Below are positions 47,727 through 56,294 of a stretch of DNA of 64,000 bases, in pieces. The stretch's first letter is position 1, and every line of letters begins with the position of its first letter. The notes beneath the pieces were generated by a model. That model ran no database searches, was not told the DNA's origin, and saw only the letters and a list, made by a program, of their open reading frames with translations. Made by a program: the position numbers and the translations under genes. Source of the DNA: an uncultured Verrucomicrobiae bacterium (GTDB lineage Bacteria; Verrucomicrobiota; Verrucomicrobiia; Chthoniobacterales; JAATET01); the NCBI GenBank assembly GCA_963719495.1, contig CAVRCI010000002.1:704001-768000 (forward strand). Direction: 5' to 3'.

Positions 47727-48435
47727 ATGGACCCGCATCGGAACCCCAAGCAGAGGGCGCGAGCGGGCATCGACGCCACGCTGATCCAGTCCGGTTGGAC
47801 CGTGCAGAGCCTGACGGAACTCAATCTACACACTTCGCTCGGCGTTGCCGTCCGCGAGATGCAGTCCCAACGCGGCCCCGCCGACTACGGTATCTTCGTT
47901 CAGGGCAAGGCGCTCGGCATCGTCGAGGCGAAAAAGGAAGGCGAGACGCTCTCCCTCGTCGCCGAGCAGTCGGCGCGCTACTCCCATGCCCGCAAATGGA
48001 TCCCGCAGACGTGGGCCGATCCACTGCCCTTCCCGTACGAGTCCACCGGCGTCGAGACCAATTTCCGCAGACTAATATCCGCGACCAGCGCGACCCGGAT
48101 CCCCGCTCGCGTCCCGTCTTTGCCTTCCACCGTCCCGAGTATTTCCTCGAGCTGGTCCAGCGACCCGGCACTCTCCGCGGGCGGCTTCGCCAGCTTCCCG
48201 AGCTGATCATCGCGCCACAGCGCGACTGCCAGATCGACGCCATTCATGGGCTGGAGGCATCCCTTGCCGATAATCGTCCCCGGGCGCTCATCCGGATGGC
48301 GACCGGCTCCGGCCAGACCCTCACCGCAGTCACGCAGGCCTACCGCCTCATCAAATTCGCGACGCCTTCCGCATCGGCCTCACCGCAACGCCGAACAAGG
48401 CCACACTCGGCTTCTTCAATCGCAACCTCGTTATG
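47727..48435 (+). pseudogene. hsdR: Type I restriction HsdR remnant (frameshifted and deleted)
   Basis: GPADY..IVEAKK nuclease motif; frameshift to RDCQIDAI..MATGSGQT; jump to RIGLTATP-like frame; ends at the repeat. Confidence 0.8.
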
Positions 48436-48454
48436 TCGGAGGGCTCAGTCGGGC

Positions 48455-48489
48455 GGTTCTGAACCAATGAACGGACTGACCCCTTTGAC
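48455..48489 (+). repeat. GACTGACCCC-family repeat, left arm (inverted partner at 56082-56116)
   Basis: GGTTCTGAACCAATGAACGGACTGACCCCTTTGAC. Confidence 0.9.
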
Positions 48490-48499
48490 GGGTCCTGAC

Positions 48500-48808
48500 C
48501 CGGGAGCCGTAACAAACCCGCCGACGGTTAGCGGAGATATTGTGAACGTGACAGGTGAGGACGGTCCCACAATCGCGTATGCAACTTGGAAGTTTTATAG
48601 CGTTGTCGAAATCGATTACAAATTCAACCTTTACATGCAATACAAGTTGAAAGGAGTCGAAGGCTCTTCTTGGAAAACTATCGGCAAGGCTCACTGGACA
48701 TGGTTAGGGGGTTGCTACTTATACCATAATCCGGAGCAGCAGCTGCCTTATGGAAATACGAGCAGCACAAGTGGAAATGCGAGTAGTGAATCACCAGTTG
48801 CTCCTTAA
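48500..48808 (+). pseudogene. Headless low-GC C-terminal gene fragment
   Basis: Open frame starts at the repeat with no convincing start; markedly more AT-rich than flanks. Confidence 0.5.
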
Positions 48809-48826
48809 CAGGGTTAGAAGAATTAT

Positions 48827-49378
48827 ATGAAATTAATACCTATCATCGCATTAGGAGTTGGGTGCTTTTCGACTTTGACAATGTGGGCAGTGCCTGTAAA
48901 CGAAGCAGAGGTAATTGAGTGGTTGACTGATCGCTGGTCCGAAGACTCCTCTCGTGCTGAAGAACTCGTCGAGTCGATTGACCTACGTCTTCAAACAGCG
49001 TCAGGGATAGAAGCTAAGGCTTTGCGCCAACAGCGGGATGGTTACTTAATGCCGCGTTTTGCTCTGCAGAAATTGGAGGCTGTCATGATCGGTCAGAAGA
49101 TGCGACGAGGTCAAATTCGTGATATGCCGTCGGAAAGCAGGGTGGCATCTCAATCGCTTGCCGCTTCTCGGCTTACGCAAAAGTTCCTGATACTTAAATT
49201 GCTTCAGTTCACGGAAGCTGGCGAGGGTGCTGCGTCTGCGGAAACGCGAGAAAGTGTGAGGAAAGTTGTAGAAAGAGCGGATGTTTACAACATATCGTTC
49301 AGCTCACTCATACAGGAGTATCTCAAAATGAACGGCGTGGCGAGCGACGTTGTTGATGAAACGCTTCGCAGAGAATAA
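48827..49378 (+). CDS. Low-GC secreted hypothetical protein
   Basis: 183 aa with signal-peptide-like N-terminus, 18 nt after the fragment's stop. Confidence 0.7.
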   Translation: MKLIPIIALGVGCFSTLTMWAVPVNEAEVIEWLTDRWSEDSSRAEELVESIDLRLQTASGIEAKALRQQRDGYLMPRFALQKLEAVMIGQKMRRGQIRDMPSESRVASQSLAASRLTQKFLILKLLQFTEAGEGAASAETRESVRKVVERADVYNISFSSLIQEYLKMNGVASDVVDETLRRE

Positions 49379-49495
49379 TTAGAAGCAGGCGGAAGAGTAG
49401 ACTGGCGGCTTTTTTTGGGGCGTCTCCGAACATTATGGTGTTTGCCCTCCGACAGTGCAATCAGGAATAAGGAATGGGGTCAGTCGAGAATGGCA

Positions 49496-51002
49496 CTAAG
49501 ATAAGGGGGATTTGGGAGGATTTTCGACCCCGGATTTTCGGTGAGGGAGCGGTCCCATTTGGCGGCGGGGCTTGGTCAAGAGGCGATAGTTTTTGGGGCG
49601 GCGTTTTCTGACTCTGGGGTTCGGATCGGTCTGGGCGCAGCGGAACGAGATCGCTGGCGATGGCAGAGAGCATGGCGTCGAGGATGGCGGAGATGGTGCG
49701 GGGTTTAGCGTTGGCCCCACTGGTGGCGTTGGCGAACTGACGGACGGTATCGAGAGTGCCCTTGAAGGAGACGCGATCCAGGTCGAGTTCGTGAATCAGG
49801 GCGGCTTTCTGCATGACGCTGCGGACGAGGTTGGAGGCGATGAAGTGCATGAGGAGTTCGCGCTCGATGAGGGCCGGGGATTTGCAGCGCAAGACGTCCA
49901 TGTTGAGAGCGATCTTGATCTCGCGAAAATGGAGTTCGACGCTCCAGCGGCGGAAGTAGAGGGAGGCGAGATCATCGGCGGGAATGGCCGTCTCGGAGAG
50001 CAGCAGGGTGGTCACCAAGGTGACGGTCTGGGTGCGGAAGCCGGGTTGGGCGATGGTGTAGCGCACGACGCGCACTGGAATATCCGCGGGCCAGAGCGCG
50101 AACTCCTCGGGCGTCATCCCGCGTGGTCGCTGCGCGGGGCGCTTCCAGACAATGTTCACATCGAAATTTGCCGACTTGGGAAGCTGAGCACCAATGGCCT
50201 TGCGGAACCGTTTTTCGGGCAAGCGCATCAACGAGTCCACGCCCAGGGAGAGCAGACCGGCAATAGCCCCGAAGGAACAAAATCCCCGGTCGGTGAGAAC
50301 GAGATCGCCACGATTGAAAATGCTCCAAAGGTTGCGAAAAAGCCGGGTCTCATGGGTGAGACGATCGCCCCAATCCGCCTTGAGAAGAGCTCCGGTGAGA
50401 AGGCAGAAAACGCCAACCAGATTGATTGCGGGAAAGCCACACCCCGGCTTCTGACTGCTGCTCTGCGGCCAACGATCTTGATTGGCTTCGGTGTCGGGCA
50501 TGGAGACACCCGTGCCGTCCACGAGCCGTACCTGGCGACCATGCCAGAGAGCGCCGCTGGGAATATTGGCTTCCATGCGCACGGCCAGATGGGTGTTGAT
50601 TCCTTCCAGTGTCGCCACCGGGAGCTTGGCTCGCGCCTGGCAATAAGCGCTGGCATTGCCACTCATGACCTCGGTCTCTGTAGTGCCAGACGGTTTGGAT
50701 TTTCTGCTCACCAAAGCCATGACCTTGCACACGGCTTCGCGACAGGAACCGTTCGGGGTTTGCACCTGATCCAGGAAGCTCCAGAAGACACGTTCGAGCG
50801 AGAAAATGCGCTTGCGGCTGTGAGCACAGCTGGGCGTTGAGCTAAGTAACTTCCGTGGAATGTAGGAGCCAAAGACGTTGACCAACACCGAGAGCGAACC
50901 GCTCTGCCTGAGCTTGGCAAGGGCCTGCGTCAGGGGTGAGACTGGCGGTCGTCCAAAAAGCCGCGAACTAAAATTTGGGAAAAACGGGTTGAAAGAACGC
51001 AT
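49496..51002 (-). pseudogene. IS4-family transposase with a frameshift near the C-terminus
   Basis: LVDGT, DRGF, YFRRWSVELHFREIK; tail RVRKRRPKNY in another frame after the G4 run at 49616-49619. Confidence 0.8.
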
Positions 51003-51044
51003 CCAATACAAGTATATATACTTAATCGAAGCCGCCAGTGAATT

Positions 51045-51398
51045 ATGCCGAAAACCGCTAAAAAATCCGACCTCACCGCCCGGGAAATCCGTCGACTCGA
51101 AGCACGCTACAGCACCCTGGCCTCGGAGCTGGGAAGCTTCCCCGAATTGAGTCAGGGAAGCGTGATGCCCCAACCTCCCCGGGCTTGGCGGTGGACCCGC
51201 AAAGTTGCCGGAAAAACCGTCACCGTTGGGCTCAGTCCCCTCAAAGCCCAGAGGATGAAACTAGCCATCGCCAACCATCGAAAGCTGGAAAAGAACATTA
51301 CCGAGATGCGCGAGATAACCCAGAAACTCATCTTGAGAACCCCAGATCCCTCCCCGATTCCCAAACGCGAGCCGCCTCCTAAATCCTCCTTAAGTTAG
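51045..51398 (+). CDS. Small basic passenger protein (DUF6788-like, tentative)
   Basis: QGSV..WRWTRKVAGKTVT..AIANHR; lies inside the IS ends. Confidence 0.6.
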   Translation: MPKTAKKSDLTAREIRRLEARYSTLASELGSFPELSQGSVMPQPPRAWRWTRKVAGKTVTVGLSPLKAQRMKLAIANHRKLEKNITEMREITQKLILRTPDPSPIPKREPPPKSSLS

Positions 51399-51417
51399 TG
51401 CCATTCGGGTCAGTCCG

Positions 51418-51683
51418 GAATGGCACTGTTTTAAGCCGATTTTCGGTGAAGAGCGCAAGGCGGTGAGGACGGCTTGGCAGGCCGTCCCGCGCGAGATCAT
51501 TGGCAACCGGGGTCTTTTCGATCAACGCTGGCGGTGTTGGTGGGGTGAGCGCGAAGTTGTAGCGGCGCGTCTGTGACCGCCGCGAACCATCTCGCTGAGT
51601 TTGCGCACCCGAGTCTGACGGCACCGGCGGTCACAGACCGCCGCTACAGCCCTGCCGACGATCCGCTTAAAACAGTGCCATTC
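51418..51683. mobile_element. 266-bp MITE with IS4-type ends
   Basis: Perfect 19-bp IR GAATGGCACTGTTTTAAGC; no transposase. Confidence 0.88.
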
Positions 51684-51694
51684 CGGACTGACCC

Positions 51695-53249
51695 GAATGG
51701 CACTGCTTTAAGCCAGTTTTCGGGGAGAAAGATGGAGGGAGATCCGCTGATTTGGTAGATTAAAGTGTGAGCAGCAACCAACCATTTCTCAGCGGATTCC
51801 CAACTCAAATATGTGGCAGAATGCGGCGGCGTCTGCAAGCGGTCATCGCGGAGCGACGGAGCGCATTGGCAGAGTCATCCATAGCGACCTACGCGCTGCA
51901 GTTTTCCCGCATCCTGCCGGCCGATTTTTTGGAGTCACTCTCGCTCACGCAACGGGTTCGGCAGTATTGCAATGTGGTCGTCTTCTGGGTGTGGCTGGCT
52001 CAGATTTTAGAGGCCAATGCGTCGCTCTCCAAAGCGGTGAGTCTGGTCCAATGCTGGTGCGGCGAGGCGGGTCTGCCAGTTCCCAGTGGGGATACCGGAG
52101 CCTTCAGTCGGGGTCGGGGACGACTCGGAGAGGCGTTTCTGGCCGGGGCGAGCCAACGCGTGCGCACTCATCTGGGAGCCCGGATCAGGCCCGAGGATAC
52201 TTACAAAGGACACGTGGTCAAATCCATCGACGGCAGCTCGTTGACTCTGGATGACACAGCGTCCAATCAGGAGCAATATCCGCAACCCACGAGCCAGAAA
52301 GCGGGTTGCGGCTTCCCGGTCATGGGCATCATGGGCGTGCTCAACCACGCCCATGGCGGATGGGAGGATTTCGTTGAAGGGCTGCAGAGCGCGCACGATG
52401 CACCGATCTTTCACAAGCTCATGCACTGCTTCGAACCCGGGGATTTACTTTGCGGTGATCGCGCTTTCTGCACCTACGAGTTGATGTCCACTCTGGACCA
52501 AAGGCAGGTCCATACGCTCATGCGTTTGCACCAATCCCGGCACCGCGTCCTGAACTGGAGCCGTGGCAAAAAGCTCGGCAAGCACCAACGCCTGGTTACT
52601 TGGAAGAAGCCCGCTAAACGCCCCGTGGGCAGCACCTTGAATGATTTGGAATGGGCGGCACTACCCGAAGAACTCCAAATCCGTCTCATTCGCTTTGAAT
52701 ACAAGGATCGCGCCGGGAGCAAACGCCGCATGGTCCTGGCCACGACCATGACTGACTCCCTTCGATACGACTGGCGCGAACTGGCCGCCATCTACGCCCA
52801 GCGCTGGGACATCGAACTACGTCTGAGGGACGTGAAAACCACCCTCGCCATGGATCACCTGCGCGTCAAAACGCCCGCGACCGCCCGCAAGACTCTCACG
52901 ATGAGTTTGATCGCCTACAACCTTCTCAAGGCCACCAGCCAGCAAGCCGCGCACAGCACCGGGCAGGACCTCCGACTCATGAGTTTCAAAGCCACTCTGG
53001 ACACCATCGTCGCCAACACCGCTCGCTACCTCCGCCGTCAAAAACACGCCCGCCTCATCAAGGAAATCTGGTCCGACACCATCGAAATGATCGCCGCAAA
53101 AATCATCGATCTCCGCCCCGGCAGGCACGAACCTCGTGCCCAGAAGAAGCGACCTAAAAACTTCAGTTATCTCACCGCTCCTCGCGCTCTCTACCAAGAA
53201 ATCCCTCACCGCGGCAAATCCCGATCCTTCGCTTAATGCAGTGCCATTC
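51695..53249 (+). mobile_element. IS4-family element B
   Basis: IRs GAATGGCACTGCTTTAAGC / GCTTAATGCAGTGCCATTC; perfect 11-bp TSD CGGACTGACCC at 51684-51694 and 53250-53260. Confidence 0.93.
51767..53236 (+). CDS. IS4-family transposase
   Basis: SIDGS, DRAF, YAQRWDIELRLRDVK (YREK-like). Confidence 0.9.
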   Translation: MSSNQPFLSGFPTQICGRMRRRLQAVIAERRSALAESSIATYALQFSRILPADFLESLSLTQRVRQYCNVVVFWVWLAQILEANASLSKAVSLVQCWCGEAGLPVPSGDTGAFSRGRGRLGEAFLAGASQRVRTHLGARIRPEDTYKGHVVKSIDGSSLTLDDTASNQEQYPQPTSQKAGCGFPVMGIMGVLNHAHGGWEDFVEGLQSAHDAPIFHKLMHCFEPGDLLCGDRAFCTYELMSTLDQRQVHTLMRLHQSRHRVLNWSRGKKLGKHQRLVTWKKPAKRPVGSTLNDLEWAALPEELQIRLIRFEYKDRAGSKRRMVLATTMTDSLRYDWRELAAIYAQRWDIELRLRDVKTTLAMDHLRVKTPATARKTLTMSLIAYNLLKATSQQAAHSTGQDLRLMSFKATLDTIVANTARYLRRQKHARLIKEIWSDTIEMIAAKIIDLRPGRHEPRAQKKRPKNFSYLTAPRALYQEIPHRGKSRSFA

Positions 53250-53362
53250 CGGACTGACCCCTTTGATGACCCCTTTGACTGACCCCTTTGATGAACCGAC
53301 CCCTTCGATGAACCAATGAACGGACTGACTCCTTCGATGACCCCTTCGACAATGAACGGACT
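53250..53362 (+). repeat. GACCCCTTYGA repeat array, left part
   Basis: About six GACCCCTTYGA-like units plus AATGAACGGACT. Confidence 0.9.
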
Positions 53363-53399
53363 TCTCTGAAAAAAGGGTCGAAGGGCTGTCAAGGGTCTA

Positions 53400-53680
53400 A
53401 TTTAGAGGGTTCTTGGACCGAGTGGGGCATGGGACGCAGAAGAAAGCGCCCAATGGGTGACCATCAGGGCAGGGAAAAGCGCGGGCTCTTACATTAAGGG
53501 AAGGAGCCTGTAAACTTGGGACGATAGCGATGCTGGAATCACACTTCTCTGCGGGGCGGGCACTTCTGGCCCCCATCCATTGTGGCGATCAGATCCCCAG
53601 CCCTCCATCCTGACCCAAGGTGCGCCGACTAAGTGCTAAGACTTAGCGACCAACCAGTCGTTCATTGGAGCGGCTGGGGA
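53400..53680 (-). ncRNA. Predicted bridge/seek RNA downstream of the IS110 recombinase (ends approximate)
   Basis: Segments matching left target, right target and one donor half, around hairpins. Confidence 0.65.
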
Positions 53681-54873
53681 AATTGTTTTCGAGAAGATCG
53701 ACTTTGGCGTCCCTGGCGTTTTTTCGGGGTTTTCATGTTGCCAGGTTTTTCCTTGGCCAAGCCTGGTTTGGACGAGATTTGTTCTTCCGCGTTGCGGCTC
53801 TGGCTTTGAAGTTTTTGGGACTCGGGAAAGTTCGTGTAGGAACGCCCCTGGGTCAAGAGGCTGCAGGTGATGCGGGCCATCCGGCGGGCGGTGGCTAGGA
53901 TGGCGGTGTTGGCTTTCTTGCCGTGAGCGCGTTTGTTTTTGTAGTAGTCGCCGAAGTAGGGCGAGCAGCCAACAGCCACCCAGGCGGCCTCGACGAAGGC
54001 CCAACGCAGCCATTTGTTGCATTGGGGCAGCAGGCGTCCGTGGTAGGTCTTGCCGCCGCTGCTGCTCGTCGCCGGGCAGAGTCCCGCGTAGCCGCAGAGC
54101 TTCTGCGCGGAGGCAAAGCGAGAGATGTCGTCGATCTCGGCGACGACAACCGCGGCCAGGATGGGTCCCATCCCGGGGAGACTGCAGACGTGGGTGAGCT
54201 CGGGGCTTTGGCTCATGAGATCTTTGAGCGCTGCCTCGTCCTGCCGGATGCGAGCGACCAACTCGTTGTGGAGGGCGAGTTGCTGGGTCAGGAGCATGCC
54301 TGCTGGTTCGGCCAACTCGAGCTTCTCCAAGAACCCCAGCCCCTTCTTGCCGAAGAGATCGCTACAGACAGGAAGTTTGAGTTCGTGCTGGCCGCCGAGT
54401 AACCGGTGGATGCGGTTGCGCAGCATCGTGCGTTGGCGCACGAAGAAACAGCGCTGGCGCAGCACGTTCTTGATGTCGCGGGTCTCGCGACTGGGGATGT
54501 GGACGCTCGAAATCAAATTGGCCCGCAACAGATTGGCCAACGCTCGGGCGTCGATCTTATCGGTCTTGATTTGGGCCTCGGCGATGATCCGCGTCTTAAA
54601 CGGGTTGGCCAACACGATGTTCTCGGCGGGCATCACCTGCTCGAGAATCTCGTAGAGCCAGTGCCAGTTCATGCTCGCTTCGAAGACGATCCGGCACCCC
54701 GGCCACCGCTCGACGAGCCGCCCAAAATCTCCGCTGATCGCGTGCTCGATGCGCCCTTGGCCGAGCACCTCGCCGTGGCCATCAACCACGCAATAGACGC
54801 TGTATCGCTTGTGATAATCGATGCCAATGAAGCTCGATTCCGTCGGTAGGCTTTTTGGTTGGGTTTTCATCAC
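53662..54873 (-). CDS. IS110-family DEDD recombinase
   Basis: IGIDYHK, FEAS, KTDKIDA, LPGMG, YAGLCP..SSGG. Confidence 0.95.
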   Translation of the reverse strand: MMKTQPKSLPTESSFIGIDYHKRYSVYCVVDGHGEVLGQGRIEHAISGDFGRLVERWPGCRIVFEASMNWHWLYEILEQVMPAENIVLANPFKTRIIAEAQIKTDKIDARALANLLRANLISSVHIPSRETRDIKNVLRQRCFFVRQRTMLRNRIHRLLGGQHELKLPVCSDLFGKKGLGFLEKLELAEPAGMLLTQQLALHNELVARIRQDEAALKDLMSQSPELTHVCSLPGMGPILAAVVVAEIDDISRFASAQKLCGYAGLCPATSSSGGKTYHGRLLPQCNKWLRWAFVEAAWVAVGCSPYFGDYYKNKRAHGKKANTAILATARRMARITCSLLTQGRSYTNFPESQKLQSQSRNAEEQISSKPGLAKEKPGNMKTPKKRQGRQSRSSRKQFPQPLQ

Positions 54874-54954
54874 CCCAACCTACACCATTCATTTCATCAG
54901 GCTCTCCGGGCCCCACTTCCCAGCAACGCTCTATTCATCAGCCTTTCATGCCGC

Positions 54955-55002
54955 CTGACCCCTTCGAGACCCCTTCGAGACCCCTTCGACGGGCCCTTCG
55001 AC
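54955..55002 (+). repeat. GACCCCTTCGA repeat array, right part
   Basis: (GACCCCTTCGA)x3 plus GGCCCTTCGAC. Confidence 0.9.
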
Positions 55003-55178
55003 AGGAAATGCTCTGCCACGCCTCGCTTCTCACCACGCAGGTTCACACCCGCGTCGTCCCCTCCGATCTCCAGCGCGTCCACAAGTTCACCGCCCCCAGC
55101 GAACGCCGTGGCGTAATCGACGTCCCCACCTTCGAACTCCACGCCTGGCGTGATCGCAAGAACCGTCACCGCTCCTGA
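55002..55178 (+). pseudogene. Tyrosine recombinase C-terminal fragment
   Basis: QEMLCHASLLTTQVHTRV resembles box II LGH..TTQ.YT, with G>C and Y>H. Confidence 0.65.
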
Positions 55179-55215
55179 TCCGGTCTCGCTCCAACTCCTT
55201 CCCAGCCGTAATCTC

Positions 55216-55698
55216 ATGCCCGTGCGCACGCTCCCGCTCTACCTCGACACCTCCGTCATCGGCGGCTACTTCGACGACGAGTTCGAGGAGGCTACCCGCG
55301 AACTCTGGCGGCAGAAAAAAGCCGGGCGCTTCCGGTTTACGACCTCGGCGGTGACCCGGCAGGAAATCGAGGAAGCTCCGGCCGACGTGCGCGAGTTGAT
55401 GGAAGAGACGTTCCCCGACGCCGATCTCCTTCCGCTCACCGCCGAGGCCATCGAGCTGGCCCGCGCCTACCTCGACGCCGCGGTCGTCCCGGAAACCTAC
55501 GCCGACGACGCCCGGCATGTCGCCATCGCGGTCGTTCACGAACTCCATCTGCTCGTTAGCTGGAACTTCCGTCACATGGTCAACGTCCGCCGATCGGATG
55601 CGTTCAACGCCGTGAACCTCTTGCAGGGTTACCCCCCAATCCGTATCGTTAGTCCGTTGGAACTCATCTATGACGACGAAGAAGAACAAACGCTTTGA
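55216..55698 (+). CDS. PIN-domain (VapC-like) protein
   Basis: YLDTSV, DARHVAIA, LVSWNFRH. Confidence 0.88.
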   Translation: MPVRTLPLYLDTSVIGGYFDDEFEEATRELWRQKKAGRFRFTTSAVTRQEIEEAPADVRELMEETFPDADLLPLTAEAIELARAYLDAAVVPETYADDARHVAIAVVHELHLLVSWNFRHMVNVRRSDAFNAVNLLQGYPPIRIVSPLELIYDDEEEQTL

Positions 55699-55840
55699 TG
55701 CTGTCGCCGAATCCCGCAAATGGCGGATCAAAACCGGCGCGATTTTGGCGACCATGACCCCCGAAGAACAGATGGCGTTCCTCAACCGGCGCATCCCCAA
55801 GAACCAAGCCAGGAAACGCCTCGCTTCTGCTTCTTCCTAG
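55670..55840 (+). CDS. Small putative antitoxin, 56 aa
   Basis: MTTKKNKRFDAVAESRKWR.., overlaps the PIN gene end. Confidence 0.6.
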   Translation: MTTKKNKRFDAVAESRKWRIKTGAILATMTPEEQMAFLNRRIPKNQARKRLASASS

Positions 55841-56053
55841 CCGTTCCTCACTGTTATGAGCACGTTGGCCGCCCTTCGAGAACACTCGGGGCAAGCCGTC
55901 GATTGTTTTGCTCCCCCCTACGCATTAAACCTTGTCCCCATTGACATCACTTTCGAGAAGGTCGACGACAACGAGGAGCTTAGCGATAACAAGAAGCCCG
56001 TCGAATGGGATCAGGCGGGCGTGCCAACTAAGTGGGAATGGATGCCGGGCCGC

Positions 56054-56116
56054 GGCCAGTCGGAGGGGTCAGTCCGGGCCAGTCGGAGGGGTCAGTCCGT
56101 GCATTGGTTCAGAACC
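56054..56116 (-). repeat. GACTGACCCC-family repeat, right arm, with a 23-bp tandem duplication
   Basis: (GGCCAGTCGGAGGGGTCAGTCCG)x2 then TGCATTGGTTCAGAACC. Confidence 0.9.
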
Positions 56117-56294
56117 CCCCTCCTCACGCACGCTCGCTAACAGCAAGTGCCCCCCGAAATCCCAGCCGGTCCGCCGCGTTCGACCATGACATCACACAAC
56201 AGCGGCACCGTATAGCCGTGCCTGATGCGGCCCCTCCCTAAAGGGACCCTCCGCGGCACCGCTCGCCAGAGCGCTGGGTCGGGAAGGTCTCGCG

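Larger units (their letters stand above)
49488..51406 (-). mobile_element. IS4-family element A with a passenger ORF
   Basis: IRs GAATGGCACTAA / TTAGTGCCATTC; flanks GGGTCAGTCGA and GGGTCAGTCCG. Confidence 0.88.
53361..54956 (-). mobile_element. IS110-family element inserted at a CT core within the repeat
   Basis: AATGAACGGA-CT (53351-53362) and CT-GACCCC (54955-54962) rebuild the intact repeat unit. Confidence 0.88.

Noticed and set aside
47675..48808. 377-aa ORF as a real HsdR-toxin fusion
   Set aside because: Chance read-through of frameshifted hsdR remains, the repeat and an unrelated fragment
53361..53395. Circle-junction promoter from TTGACA in the IS110 end
   Set aside because: A -35 hexamer is present but no convincing -10 appears at the proper spacing after joining the ends
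53250..55002. Repeat arrays as a CRISPR array
   Set aside because: Units are 11-25 bp, abutting, with no unique spacers and no cas genes
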